Source: an uncultured Chroococcidiopsis sp. (GTDB lineage: Bacteria > Cyanobacteriota > Cyanobacteriia > Cyanobacteriales > Chroococcidiopsidaceae). From it: a stretch of DNA of 64,000 bases. A program made the translations under genes and the position numbers. Numbering within the stretch: the first letter of the stretch is position 1; every line of letters begins with the position of its first letter. Below the pieces are notes generated by a model, which was not told the origin of the DNA, made no database searches, and saw only the letters and a program-made list of their open reading frames with translations. Location: the NCBI GenBank assembly GCA_964248365.1, contig CAXTYC010000006.1, forward strand, positions 1 to 64,000, written 5' to 3'. Below, piece after piece: positions 1 through 10,361 of this stretch.

Positions 1-56
1 TCTCTAGTGTTACTCCTTTCTCATTATACTCAAGCAACCAATCTAGAACACCACCA

Positions 57-241
57 CCCGTTGAACACATCTGGGAAGATATTCGAGAAAACCACTTTTA
101 TAATCAAGTCTTTCCTACTTTAGACCAAGCCAACGGACGTACTCTGCCAGGGCTTAGTCGAGCTTTGTTCTGAAGCGCGATCGCCTGCGTTCTTTAACTT
201 TCTTTCCTCATCTCAGAATACTATCTCTGAACGCAACTTAG
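57..241 (+). mobile_element. IS630-family transposase C-terminal remnant (two frameshifts)
   Basis: Manual translation across frames gives PVEHIWEDIRENHFYNQVFPTLDQ / TDVLCQGLVELCS / DRLRSLTFFPHLRILSLNAT*, matching the (N)P(I/V)E.W motif and C-terminus of IS630 DDE transposases. Confidence 0.7.
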
Positions 242-349
242 TCTGAGAAATTGCTAACACAACACCATCCCCTTAAGTAGGCAGGGGGAGCACTTTGAGC
301 AGGGTTCGCGCTTTGGGGAGCTGGGGGAGAAAATTTTTGAGCAATAGAC

Positions 350-389
350 AAACAATAAAGGAGCTGTGATAAACAGCCCCCTTTGTTTT
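350..389 (-). terminator. Putative intrinsic terminator downstream of the DUF2997-ycf35-ferredoxin operon
   Basis: Imperfect inverted repeat aaag-gagctgt-gataa-acagcc-ccttt with A/T-rich flanks. Confidence 0.4.
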
Positions 390-489
390 AATTATTCCTT
401 TTGTGCTAGTAAGATTACCTAAAATTATTGCTGTATGCCATCCATACCCACCTTTAGCAATCTTATGCCTCAAAAGGGTTAAGCAATTG

Positions 490-981
490 TCAACATCTAT
501 ATTTAGCTTTCTTGCGGGATGTTAATTGTTGCTTTCTGCGCCGCCTATGAGCAGCAACTACAGCCTCTTCTACAGGATATCCAATCAAGGGTATAACTTG
601 ATACTGGCGCTCTTGTTCCAACTTTTTCAGTTTAGTGTAATCAACCCAGTGGATGCAATCAACTGGACAAGTGTCAATTGCTTCTTGAATTAATTCTTCT
701 GAGTCACCATCTTGACGAACTACACGAGAGCGACCGTAATCTGGTTCAATGTAGAAGGTGTTGCGGGCGACGTGGGCGCAGTGAAGGCAGCCAATACAGG
801 TAATTTCATCAACATAAACACCTTTTTGACGCACGACACCGCCTAATTCAGGCTCAAGCCCAGAGCGATTACTAGCGTCTCGCAAACAGCCGCCTAGTTC
901 TGGCTCTAAATGCGATCGCTTATCTTCTCCATCTGTAGCTTGCTGTGTTGTCTGTTCTATCCCCGCCACAAAATCATCCAT
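490..981 (-). CDS. Ferredoxin (single 4Fe-4S cluster type, similar to the ferredoxin domain of DnaJ-Fer proteins)
   Basis: VYVDEITCIGCLHC...AIDTCPVDCIHWV; ATG at 981 overlaps the upstream stop (TGATG); duplicated LEPELGG motif. Confidence 0.85.
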   Translation of the reverse strand: MDDFVAGIEQTTQQATDGEDKRSHLEPELGGCLRDASNRSGLEPELGGVVRQKGVYVDEITCIGCLHCAHVARNTFYIEPDYGRSRVVRQDGDSEELIQEAIDTCPVDCIHWVDYTKLKKLEQERQYQVIPLIGYPVEEAVVAAHRRRRKQQLTSRKKAKYRC

Positions 982-1367
982 CACCCACTCCAACGCTGTA
1001 CTAACAGCCGAATTGAACCATCAGAATTTTTTTGTTGCTCAGTGATTTGAAATCCCTGACGCGCGGTTTCGTTTACAACTGTGTGGTAAGCATAGCGCTG
1101 TGTTACCTTCTTCAGGAACCCTTCTACGGACAAAGGTTGCTGCCAATATTGCAGATCTGCTACTAATTCGTACTCTTTGCCATTCCAGCTAAAGCCTACG
1201 TCGTAACCATTATCCTGTTCAATTGTTACCTGGGCGTTACGAGTTTGTCCGCGATAGCCTCGCACTGTTTTGGCTCCTGATTTCCAATCAATGCCTAAAT
1301 CAGTGAGAGCGGCTTGTAAAGAGGTGAGATTTCGGATCTGAGTTTTAATTTGGCTAAAGTGTGACAT
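981..1367 (-). CDS. ycf35: DUF1257 / Ycf35-like protein
   Basis: MSHFSQIKTQIR...YELVADLQYWQQ...GSIRLLVQRW family signature. Confidence 0.85.
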   Translation of the reverse strand: MSHFSQIKTQIRNLTSLQAALTDLGIDWKSGAKTVRGYRGQTRNAQVTIEQDNGYDVGFSWNGKEYELVADLQYWQQPLSVEGFLKKVTQRYAYHTVVNETARQGFQITEQQKNSDGSIRLLVQRWSG

Positions 1368-1412
1368 GGTAGTTATGAATCAACAAGACTTAACTAAAAC
1401 TAATTTACAAAA

Positions 1413-1622
1413 TTACCACTGACTAAATGTGGCTTGTGTTGTCGCCACATCAGTTTGTGTCAATGCATTATTAAAAAATTCAGAGGTTGGCTGATGAATT
1501 GTCACTTGTCCTAGCTCTGCTTCGAGCGCCGCCGTTACTTCCGTGCAGGCGGAACCAATTACCCCAGTGACTTTTTCCTCAACGCGACCATCTGGATAAA
1601 TCACGAATTCTAGTGTTTCCAT
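1413..1622 (-). CDS. DUF2997 family protein
   Basis: METLEFVIYPDGRVEEKVTGVIGSACTEVT; usual neighbour of DUF1257. Confidence 0.8.
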   Translation of the reverse strand: METLEFVIYPDGRVEEKVTGVIGSACTEVTAALEAELGQVTIHQPTSEFFNNALTQTDVATTQATFSQW

Positions 1623-1870
1623 GCTCCTAACCAACACGATAGGTTTTAGAACTAGACGGTTAGATTCAGACTACTATAATTTTCTGAGTCTAGGTAAGAG
1701 TTTTTGCTTACTCCCAATCTCGCAATTGTTAAATTATGTTTCATCTATCCTTTTACATAGAATCAAAATGTAACAAAATTTATCAAGTAGGCAAGTAAGC
1801 ACTACTGATTATTTGTCAGTGTGGCGTAACTTACACCAGCAGTCAAGATGAAAATAATTCGTAATTTCGA

Positions 1871-1993
1871 GGGAAAAGGGAAAAGGGAAAAGGGAAAAGG
1901 GGGTCAATAGTGTGAATTTAATCTCCCACTCTCCTACTCTCCCACTCTCCCCGAGGCTCCCCGAGGCTCCCCTGCTCAAAGTGCTCCCCTGCC
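1871..1993. repeat. Short tandem repeats (AAAAGGG)n, (CTCCCACT)n, (CCCCGAGGCT)2 upstream of bioA
   Basis: Seen directly. Confidence 0.8.
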
Positions 1994-2023
1994 CTCTTCA
2001 ACCCCTCAACTTGTTTTATCAAA

Positions 2024-3322
2024 ATGGCAGAAAAAATTAATAATTCTTCACCTATTTGGCATCCCTTCACCCAGATGAAAACCGCTGCCCCACCGCTAAA
2101 AGTGCGTAGAGGACAAGGGATAATGCTGGAATTGGAGGATGGGCGGCAAATAGTTGACTGTATCTCTAGTTGGTGGGTAACTATTCATGGGCATAGTCAT
2201 CCCGCCCTAGCGAATGCTCTTTTCGATCAGGCACAGCAATTAGAACACGTAATCTTTGCAGGGTTCACTCATGAGCCAGCCGAAATACTAGCACGTAAGC
2301 TTTTAGCTCATCTACCCCAATCTTTAACCTGGGTATTTTTTTCTGATAATGGTTCCACCGCCGTCGAAGTTGCCCTAAAGATGGCGTATCAGTATTGGTA
2401 CAACCAAGGAGAAAAACAACGTACTAAATTTATTAGCTTTGAGGGTGGATATCACGGCGATACCTTGGGAGCGATGTCGGTGGGTGGTAGTTCTCCCTGG
2501 TGGCAAACTTTTAAGAACTTGATGTTCTCTACTGATGTAGTGCCTTTTCCCGCTACATTTGACGAAGATTCTGATGTCGAAGTGGGTGAGGCGCAAACTC
2601 TGGAAAAATTGAATTACCTGCTAGAGCGAAATAGCGATCGCTATGCCGGAATTTTCATTGAACCACTGGTGCAGGGAGCAGCGGGAATGCGTATGTGTCG
2701 CCCCCAGTTTCTACAAGCCCTTTCCAGCCTGGCAAAATCTTTTGGTGTGCTTTTAATCTACGACGAAGTGATGACAGGCTTTGGACGCACAGGAGAATTG
2801 TTTGCTTGTCTCAAGTCAGATACTTCACCCGATCTACTTTGTCTCTCAAAAGGATTATCAGGTGGTTGCTTGCCCTTAGCAGTCACGCTGGCGACAGAAA
2901 AGATATACCAGGCATTTTACAGCGATGACATCAATCAGACTTTCTTCCACAGTCATTCATATACAGGAAATCCCCTTGCCTGCGCTACGGGTATTGCTTC
3001 TTTAGAGCTATTAGAACAAAATCCCCAAGCTTATCAAGCAATGGAGACTCTGCACCGCCATAATATGGAAAAATGGCTGGTTGGACATCCCAAAGTAGAA
3101 CATATACGTACTTGCGGTACTATAGCCGCTATGGAAGTGAAAACAGAGTCAGAAAGCTATTTAAACGCAACTGGTTCAGAATTGCGATCGCGTTTTTTGG
3201 CGGAAGGTTTTCTTCTGCGTCCTTTAGGCAATACTATCTATCTAATGCCTCCCTACTGTATTACCAACAGCGAACTTGAATCAATCTACAGTGCGATTCG
3301 TCGTATACTCGACGATCTTTAA
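2024..3322 (+). CDS. bioA: Adenosylmethionine-8-amino-7-oxononanoate aminotransferase
   Basis: IWHPFTQM, SSWWVTIHGH, FFSDNGSTAVEVALKMA, DEVMTGFGRTG, PLP lysine in LSKGLSGG. Confidence 0.95.
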   Translation: MAEKINNSSPIWHPFTQMKTAAPPLKVRRGQGIMLELEDGRQIVDCISSWWVTIHGHSHPALANALFDQAQQLEHVIFAGFTHEPAEILARKLLAHLPQSLTWVFFSDNGSTAVEVALKMAYQYWYNQGEKQRTKFISFEGGYHGDTLGAMSVGGSSPWWQTFKNLMFSTDVVPFPATFDEDSDVEVGEAQTLEKLNYLLERNSDRYAGIFIEPLVQGAAGMRMCRPQFLQALSSLAKSFGVLLIYDEVMTGFGRTGELFACLKSDTSPDLLCLSKGLSGGCLPLAVTLATEKIYQAFYSDDINQTFFHSHSYTGNPLACATGIASLELLEQNPQAYQAMETLHRHNMEKWLVGHPKVEHIRTCGTIAAMEVKTESESYLNATGSELRSRFLAEGFLLRPLGNTIYLMPPYCITNSELESIYSAIRRILDDL

Positions 3323-3349
3323 AAGCGCGCGTCTGCGTTGGGTAATTGG

Positions 3350-3466
3350 TAAAAGGGGAAAAGGGGAAAGGGAAAAGGGAAAAGGGTAATTTCCCCCCCA
3401 GCTCCCCCAGCCTCCCCAGCCTCCCCCTCACCCCCTTCCCCTAGCCCCTAGCCCCTAGCCCCTAGC
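3350..3466. repeat. STRR-type repeats (AAAAGGG)n, (CCCCAGCCT)n, (CCCCTAG)4 between bioA and bioB
   Basis: Seen directly. Confidence 0.85.
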
Positions 3467-3468
3467 TC

Positions 3469-4482
3469 ATGCCAAAACTGCCCGACTGGAACGAACTCGC
3501 CCAACGCTCCCTAGCTTACGAACTGCTTACCCGTGAAGAAGCTATTGCCGTTCTACAAGCCCCAGATGAAGAATTACTCGCTCAGCTAGCTGCTGCTTAC
3601 CGCGTACGTCGGCATTATTGGGGAAATCGAGTCCGACTGCACTTTTTATTAAATGCCCAAAGTGGACTTTGCCCAGAAGACTGCCATTATTGCTCTCAGT
3701 CCAAAATCTCTACGGCAGAGATTGAGAAGTATCCGTTACTGGCAAAGGAAAAGATTTTAGATGCAGCTGGGCGGGCAGCTAGCTTAAAAGCAGGGACATT
3801 TTGTATGGTGCTGTCGGGGCGATCGCCTAACGAACCAACTTTTGCTAAAGTGTTAGAAGCTGTACGGGAAGTCAAAGCAAACTACAACCTGAAAATCTGC
3901 GCTTGCTTGGGGTTGTTGAGCGAAGAGCAAACCCACCGTTTAGCCCAGGCAGGGGTAGATCGGGTAAATCACAATCTTAACAGTTCGTCTGAGCATCACC
4001 TGGAAATTTGTACGACGCATACCTTTAGCGATCGCGTCACTACGGTGAAAAACGTCAAAGCAGCAGGAATTACTACCTGTTCCGGCGGAATTATTGGTAT
4101 GGGAGAGTCAGACGACGACATCATCAACTTAGCCCTTTCCCTGCGCTCCCTGGATGTTACCAGTGTACCAGTCAATTTTTTGATTCCAATTCCAGGTACA
4201 CCGTTTGAGAAGTTGCAAGAGCTAAACCCGCGCCGCTGTTTACGGGTTCTGTGTCTGTTCCGCTTTTTACTGCCACAGAGGGAAATTCGGATCGCTGGGG
4301 GTAGGGAAGTGCATTTGCGATCGCTCCAACCGCTTGGGCTTTATCCAGCAAATTCTATTTTCATCGGCGATTATCTCACAACACCAGGACAAGCCGCACA
4401 TAGCGACTGGGAGATGATCCGCGATGCTGGTTTTGTGCTAGAAGCACCAGACGGAAGGATTTTGGAAGAGGCTAGGGGCTAG
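3469..4482 (+). CDS. bioB: Biotin synthase
   Basis: Radical [48 protein letters not shown]. Confidence 0.95.
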   Translation: MPKLPDWNELAQRSLAYELLTREEAIAVLQAPDEELLAQLAAAYRVRRHYWGNRVRLHFLLNAQSGLCPEDCHYCSQSKISTAEIEKYPLLAKEKILDAAGRAASLKAGTFCMVLSGRSPNEPTFAKVLEAVREVKANYNLKICACLGLLSEEQTHRLAQAGVDRVNHNLNSSSEHHLEICTTHTFSDRVTTVKNVKAAGITTCSGGIIGMGESDDDIINLALSLRSLDVTSVPVNFLIPIPGTPFEKLQELNPRRCLRVLCLFRFLLPQREIRIAGGREVHLRSLQPLGLYPANSIFIGDYLTTPGQAAHSDWEMIRDAGFVLEAPDGRILEEARG

Positions 4483-4610
4483 GTAAAGGGAAAAGGGGAA
4501 AGGGAAAAGGGAAAAGGATAAAGGATGAAGGGTAAAGGGAAATTCGACTTTCGAAAGTCGAAATTAATCATCCTCCCCTTTGCTTCCCCATCTCCCCCTC
4601 ACCCTACTCC

Positions 4611-5177
4611 CTACTCCCTACTCCCTACTCCCTCTTCCTCAACCGAGCTTACTATTTGAGTGATAAAAGGTAGACTTGCTCCATCTAAGCCTCGTTTGAT
4701 GCGTTCTGCTGTTTCTGGAAAGACAATGAATAGAGGATAAATGCTGTTTGACGCTCCCTCGCTGAAAATATGTTGATAGCGTTGAGGCATTAACCATTCA
4801 TAATCTTTGGCAAGCATTACCTGAGACTGTCGCCAACGCCCTAACAAATCTGAAAAATCTTCATGAGGACGATGAATAAACAGTAAAATTTCGGCTCCGG
4901 TTTTGATTTTCCAATCTGGATCGCACATAATAATTGCGACATCGCAAGGCAGGCGAGTAGTTTCGGTTACTTTCGCCATACAGTACTCATTGCCCACACA
5001 GGTAGCCCCACGCAACCGCACGACGGGCAAAGGAATAGGGATAACGCTTTCATCTGGGCGGCGCAGACTGGGGAGCATTTCTAGATAGGGACGGTATTGT
5101 TTTAGTAAAGCGATCGCCCCTGCCCCGTTACTATACTCTGCTAGCCACTGTTCATAATCAGATTGTTTAATATACAT
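4611..5177 (-). CDS. Conserved cyanobacterial hypothetical protein downstream of pilC
   Basis: 188-aa ORF with ATG start and cyanobacterial-looking composition; no recognisable motif. Confidence 0.7.
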   Translation of the reverse strand: MYIKQSDYEQWLAEYSNGAGAIALLKQYRPYLEMLPSLRRPDESVIPIPLPVVRLRGATCVGNEYCMAKVTETTRLPCDVAIIMCDPDWKIKTGAEILLFIHRPHEDFSDLLGRWRQSQVMLAKDYEWLMPQRYQHIFSEGASNSIYPLFIVFPETAERIKRGLDGASLPFITQIVSSVEEEGVGSRE

Positions 5178-5314
5178 AATTCAATTTACTTAGCATTTTG
5201 ATAGCAATTAATCATATTTGTATGCCAACCATGCCCACCTTAATAAAAGCATTTATTACTCAAAAAAATATAACTTTTGTTTAAATATTTTTTAATATTC
5301 ATTTTAAAGTGATA

Positions 5315-5350
5315 AAACTGTTAGCTTTAATTATATAAAACTAACAGTTT
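5315..5350 (-). terminator. Inverted repeat just downstream of pilC
   Basis: aaactgttag-N16-ctaacagttt. Confidence 0.4.
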
Positions 5351-5368
5351 GGACAAATAACGCTTTGA

Positions 5369-6595
5369 TTAGCCCAACTTCTCGAATATTTTAAACATAG
5401 GAAGATACATTGAGAGCAAAATCAATCCAACCATACCGCCTAAAACAACGATCATGATTGGTTCGATAATGCTAGTAAGCGCTTTCACTGCCTGCTCGAC
5501 TTCATCTTCATAAAAATCAGCAACCTTCGCTAACATTTGATCTAATTCCCCAGTTTCCTCACCAATACTAATCATCTGAATTGCCATAACGGGAAAAACT
5601 TGCTCTTTTTGTAAAGCAAGACTGATCATTCCACCTTGTTGAATTTCTTGCCGCGATGCATCCACAGCATTAGCGATCACCTGATTTCCGGCTGTATCCC
5701 GCACAATTTCCAAAGCAGTTAAAATTGGCACTCCTGAACGAGTCAAAGCACCAAAAGTACGACTAAAGCGAGCCACTGCTGTTTTTTGAATTAAGTCGCC
5801 AAACAAAGGCATTTTTAGGGAAACGCGGTCAATTGTTTCTCTACCAACGCGAGTTTTATAGTACTGACTAAAAGCGAAGCCAACCCCAAAGAAAACAATT
5901 GGTATAAACCACCAGAAGCCCCTTATAAATGCACTAGTATTTAACATAATCTGGGTCAAAGCGGGTAATTCTACGTTCAACTGTTTAAAAATACCGGCAA
6001 AAATTGGAATTAGAAAGACAGTCATAGCAATAAAGATGGCAAAAGCAAAAAATGCCACTGCTACAGGATAAGTTAATGCCGATTTGATCTGATTTTGTAG
6101 TCGGGCAACATCTTCTAACAACTTAGATAATCGATTCATTACTTCGTCTAGAACACCGCCAACTTCTCCAGCTTGAACCATACTGACATACAAATTGTCA
6201 AAGCATTCAGGATGCTTACGCATCGCCTCAGAAAGATTCATCCCTTGTTGGACATCTGCACTAATTTGGATGAGGGCTTTTTTCAATTTAGGATTGGTAC
6301 ATTGCTCAGCCATTACACCCAAACTTCTGACAATTGCCACTCCGGCGTTAATTAAGGCTGCAAATTGGCGAGAAAAAACGGCTTTATCTTTAACCGATAC
6401 TTTTGTCAGTAATGCTTCCAATGGCTCCAAGTTAATTTCGCCATTGAGCTTAAACTCTTGAGCTTGTTTAAGTTCTTGAATAACAAGACCCCGCGATCTT
6501 AAACTAGAACGCGCTTCACTCACTGATTGGGCAGTGATTTTTTCTTTTTTGGAGTTTCCTTTCGAGTCTCGAACACGAGCAACAAATGTTGGCAT
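5369..6595 (-). CDS. pilC: Type IV pilus inner-membrane platform protein (GspF family)
   Basis: FSRQFAALINAGV, AGEVGGVLD, IGEETGELDQML; follows pilT. Confidence 0.95.
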   Translation of the reverse strand: MPTFVARVRDSKGNSKKEKITAQSVSEARSSLRSRGLVIQELKQAQEFKLNGEINLEPLEALLTKVSVKDKAVFSRQFAALINAGVAIVRSLGVMAEQCTNPKLKKALIQISADVQQGMNLSEAMRKHPECFDNLYVSMVQAGEVGGVLDEVMNRLSKLLEDVARLQNQIKSALTYPVAVAFFAFAIFIAMTVFLIPIFAGIFKQLNVELPALTQIMLNTSAFIRGFWWFIPIVFFGVGFAFSQYYKTRVGRETIDRVSLKMPLFGDLIQKTAVARFSRTFGALTRSGVPILTALEIVRDTAGNQVIANAVDASRQEIQQGGMISLALQKEQVFPVMAIQMISIGEETGELDQMLAKVADFYEDEVEQAVKALTSIIEPIMIVVLGGMVGLILLSMYLPMFKIFEKLG

Positions 6596-6768
6596 AGCTT
6601 ATATCTTCTAATAAATAATGAATAGAAAAGTAGTGAGTAGTGGGTAGTGAGAAGACAGAAGTCAGAAGTCAGGAGGAGCAAAAGTTGTGAATATTTAATT
6701 GCCTTTTCCCTTTTCCCTTTTCCCTTGTTCTAGCCACTGGTTCCACTAGCTCCACTGGTTCCACTCGT

Positions 6769-7893
6769 TTAGTGAACTGCCATACCTGTTCTTAAACCAG
6801 GTTTAGCGCCTGCTGCTGGATTACCACCAATCAACCGTTGGAACTCATCTGTTTTAGAGGTTTTAGATACCCCTGCTTCAAACGAGATAGTTCCAGATTT
6901 ATATAAATCTGCTAAAACCTTCTCTAGAGTTTGCATACTCATATTGCCCCCAGTTTGAATTGCTGAGTAAATTTGAGCCGTTTTACCTTCCCGAATTAGG
7001 TTAGAAATGGCGGGGGTAACAATCATGATTTCTTGAGCCATGACTCGACCGTATTCATCTGGCTTGGGATTTTTCTTAGGTACAAGAGTTTGACTGAATA
7101 CTGCCACAAGCGAGTTAGACAACTGGACGCGGATTTGTTGTTGCTGCTCAGGTGGAAACACATCTACCATCCGGTCAACCGTTTGAGATGCTGAACTAGT
7201 GTGCAATGTTCCAAATACTAAGTGACCTGTTTCTGCTGCTGAAATTGCTAGCTGAATAGTTTCAAGGTCGCGCATCTCACCCACTAGAATTACATCTGGA
7301 TCTTCCCGCAAAGCAGCACGAAGCGCATTAGCGAAACTTTTAGTATCTTCTCCAACTTGTCGTTGGTGGATCACACTTTTAATTGGCTCGTAGACAAATT
7401 CAATGGGGTCTTCAACCGTGATGATATGCTCAGATCGGGTCATGTTAATATTGTTAATCATCGAAGCCAGAGTTGTTGACTTACCAGAACCTGTTGGTCC
7501 GGTTACTAGCACCAGTCCTCTTGGCTTTTCGGAGATTTCCCGCACAATGTTGGGTAAATTGAGGGTTTGCATACTGGGAATTTTGGAAGCCAGCGCTCGT
7601 AAGCAAGCTGCGTATGTCCCTCGGTCTTTATAAACATTGACACGGAAGCGAGCTAATCCTTTAATTCCATAAGAGCAATCAAGTTCCCAGTTCTGTTCTA
7701 GGTTTTTACGCTGGGTGTTATTAAGCATACTAAAAATTAGTCGCTGGCATTGCTCTGCACTCAAGGGTTCGTATTCTGTGGGAGTTAATTTACCACTGAT
7801 GCGGATGTATGGTGGTAGACCTGCTGACATATGCAAGTCTGAACCTCCACGAGCGATTACTTCCTCCATTAGGTCTTCAATCATCAATTCCAT
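6769..7893 (-). CDS. pilT: Type IV pilus retraction ATPase
   Basis: GPTGSGKST, ALREDPD, AAETGHLVFGTLH, AISNLIRE. Confidence 0.95.
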   Translation of the reverse strand: MELMIEDLMEEVIARGGSDLHMSAGLPPYIRISGKLTPTEYEPLSAEQCQRLIFSMLNNTQRKNLEQNWELDCSYGIKGLARFRVNVYKDRGTYAACLRALASKIPSMQTLNLPNIVREISEKPRGLVLVTGPTGSGKSTTLASMINNINMTRSEHIITVEDPIEFVYEPIKSVIHQRQVGEDTKSFANALRAALREDPDVILVGEMRDLETIQLAISAAETGHLVFGTLHTSSASQTVDRMVDVFPPEQQQQIRVQLSNSLVAVFSQTLVPKKNPKPDEYGRVMAQEIMIVTPAISNLIREGKTAQIYSAIQTGGNMSMQTLEKVLADLYKSGTISFEAGVSKTSKTDEFQRLIGGNPAAGAKPGLRTGMAVH

Positions 7894-8033
7894 GTTTTAT
7901 ATCTCCTTTGAAAATTAGTGGTGAGTGGAACCAGTGGAACCTGGGGCTAGAAGTTAGAGGCAAGTGGAAAAGTGGCGAGTGGAAAAGTGGTTGGTTTTCT
8001 CTCTTGCACTGGTTCCACTAGTGACTAGTGGAA

Positions 8034-10034
8034 CTAGTCACTAAACCGTGGTGTCATGCAATAGAGACAATCTAACCACTCTGGTCTAAGTTCTGCATGA
8101 CAATTTTTGCACGTAAGAGAACTCTTACGTTTTGCTTTTAGTTCTGCCTCCAGACCAGAATCAGTGAATGTTACGCGCTCCACTTCTTCTAGAGTTGTGT
8201 TACCTTGCATGACTAAATCAAGGCTATAAGCTAGCAAAGTCTTCATGCCTTCTTCCACAGCCACTTCTTTAATTCGCTCACCAGGTGCGCCTTTGGTAAT
8301 TAATTCTTGTAGCCGCTCGGTAACGCGCATCACTTCATACACACCACATCGTCCTTTATAACCAACGCCATTGCATTTTTGACAAAGTTGACCTTTGGCT
8401 TTGGCTGATTGTATTTGTTCGGATTCCAGGCTATTAGCTTTGTAGAGAGTAATACTAACGTTTTGGGAACTGGATAGACCAAATCGAGCTAGTTCGGCAG
8501 CGCTGGGAGTGTAGGGAATGCGACAATCTGAGCAGACGCGCCGCATCAGGCGCTGAGCGACGACACCCAGCAGAGCGCCAGACACCATGAATGGTTCTAC
8601 GCCCATTTCGTCTAAGCGAGCGATCGCACCTGCGGCATCGTTTGTGTGTAGTGTTGTTAATACTAGGTGTCCTGTCAACGCTGCCTCAATTGCTGTTTTA
8701 GCTGTTTCTTTATCCCGTGTCTCACCCACCAATATTACATCTGGGTCTTGCCGCAAAAAAGCACGTAGAATCGAAGAAAAATCCATGCCCTTTTCCCGAA
8801 TCACCTGTACTTGAGTAATTCCAGGTAATGAATATTCAATTGGGTCTTCAGCCGTACTGATATTTACCCCAGGCTCATTGCGTTCTGCCAAAATCGAGTA
8901 CAAAGTGGTTGATTTACCAGAACCCGTTGGACCTGTTACCAACAGCAGCCCAAAGGGACGGCTTGCCATGTCTCTAACGATTTGTAAACTTTCTGGATCG
9001 CTAATTAACTTATCTAAGCCAAGTTGGGTAGATGAGTTATCCAAAATCCGCAGTACGACTTTCTCACCATAGCGGCTAGGTAAGGTATTGACGCGAAAGT
9101 CTACTTTACGTCCTTCAAACATTCGCCTAATCCGCCCGTCTTGGGGCATCCGTCGTTCCGCAATGTCCAAATCAGAAATAATTTTGAATCGAGCAGTGAT
9201 AGCTGGAATAATTTGCTTTGGTAGGGGGTCAAATGCTTGCCTTAGTACACCATCCTTCCGAAACCGGACGCGTAAATACTCTTCTTGCGGTTCAATATGA
9301 ATATCTGAAACTTTTTCTTGTAAAGCTTTAACCAGAATTTTATTCACCAGTGCAATTACAGGGGCTGCATCGGCATCTTGGAGAGCCGCCCCTAAATCTG
9401 CATCTACTTCATTGGGTGCATCCTGTAAGTCGAGTCCCTCGATATCCAAAGAAACATCAACTGCATTTTTGCTCTCTTGCTGCTTTTGGCGTTCAACTTG
9501 TTCATCTAAGTATTTTGAGATCTGCTGCCCAAAGTCTTCCAAGGCGATCACCATCCGCTGCAATCCCAAGTTACGGGGGCGGAGAATCCGGTTTAAATTA
9601 TCCTGAGCATCCAAATTATCTGGATCTACCATTGCTACTAGAACAAATGGTGGCTCAGTATTGTTCTGTAATATGGGTAGCAGACGATAACGACGACAAA
9701 TATCAATCGGAATCAGGGTATCGATCAGGTTTGCTATGCCAGTTCCAGAAATTTCGTTGATGTCAGGATCGAGGAATTCAACACCGTAAAGAACTTTGAG
9801 TTCAAATAACTGTTGTTTTTTATACTGTCTAATCAAGTCTGGTGGCAGCGATCGCCCAGTTATAGATTCTAGAACCTCCGGTAGAGATTTTCCAGCCGAG
9901 CGGCTTTCGGTCAAAGCCTGCTTCATTTGGTCTGTGGTAACGTACCCAGTCTCAATTAATTTATTTCCAAAAGGAGAAAAGTCATTTTTGACTATGAGGG
10001 CGCGTCGCTGGTTTTGAGTTGAGGAGTAAGTCAT
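8034..10034 (-). CDS. pilB: Type IV pilus assembly ATPase with cyanobacterial C-terminal Cys4 tail
   Basis: SDIHIEP, PQDGR, GPTGSGKST, LRQDPD, C-terminal CKNC...CLYC. Confidence 0.95.
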   Translation of the reverse strand: MTYSSTQNQRRALIVKNDFSPFGNKLIETGYVTTDQMKQALTESRSAGKSLPEVLESITGRSLPPDLIRQYKKQQLFELKVLYGVEFLDPDINEISGTGIANLIDTLIPIDICRRYRLLPILQNNTEPPFVLVAMVDPDNLDAQDNLNRILRPRNLGLQRMVIALEDFGQQISKYLDEQVERQKQQESKNAVDVSLDIEGLDLQDAPNEVDADLGAALQDADAAPVIALVNKILVKALQEKVSDIHIEPQEEYLRVRFRKDGVLRQAFDPLPKQIIPAITARFKIISDLDIAERRMPQDGRIRRMFEGRKVDFRVNTLPSRYGEKVVLRILDNSSTQLGLDKLISDPESLQIVRDMASRPFGLLLVTGPTGSGKSTTLYSILAERNEPGVNISTAEDPIEYSLPGITQVQVIREKGMDFSSILRAFLRQDPDVILVGETRDKETAKTAIEAALTGHLVLTTLHTNDAAGAIARLDEMGVEPFMVSGALLGVVAQRLMRRVCSDCRIPYTPSAAELARFGLSSSQNVSITLYKANSLESEQIQSAKAKGQLCQKCNGVGYKGRCGVYEVMRVTERLQELITKGAPGERIKEVAVEEGMKTLLAYSLDLVMQGNTTLEEVERVTFTDSGLEAELKAKRKSSLTCKNCHAELRPEWLDCLYCMTPRFSD

Positions 10035-10059
10035 AAATGCTACTAAAACATTTCATATA

Positions 10060-10083
10060 AGTATTCCTAAAAGAAGTATTCCC
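10060..10083 (-). promoter_or_regulatory. GGGAATACT box (SigJ/SigF-type promoter element) plus a second near-copy upstream of pilB
   Basis: + strand agtattccc (10075-10083) and agtattcct (10060-10068) read GGGAATACT/AGGAATACT on the pilB strand. Confidence 0.65.
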
Positions 10084-10210
10084 AAAAATTAGTGCTCTTA
10101 TTGCTATATCAGGCTAGTTAAGATAGGTAAAGTTAGATCCTCCTAAAATTAAAACAGTGACCACACAACCCCACCCCCACCAGTGAACCTCTGAACCCTG
10201 ACTGCTGTGA

Positions 10211-10260
10211 AACTGATAACTGATAACTGATAACTGGTAACTGGTAACTGGTAACTGATA
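10211..10260. repeat. STRR heptamer array (TAACTGA/TAACTGG)n between pilB and grpE
   Basis: Seen directly. Confidence 0.9.
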
Positions 10261-10361
10261 AAGGGCATCTAGGATTGCGGCATAATGGTTGACGAGGAAA
10301 AGCAAATAGATAGCACAAGCATTCCAGCACGGTAATCAAACTTCAAAAAGCAAAGTAGAAA

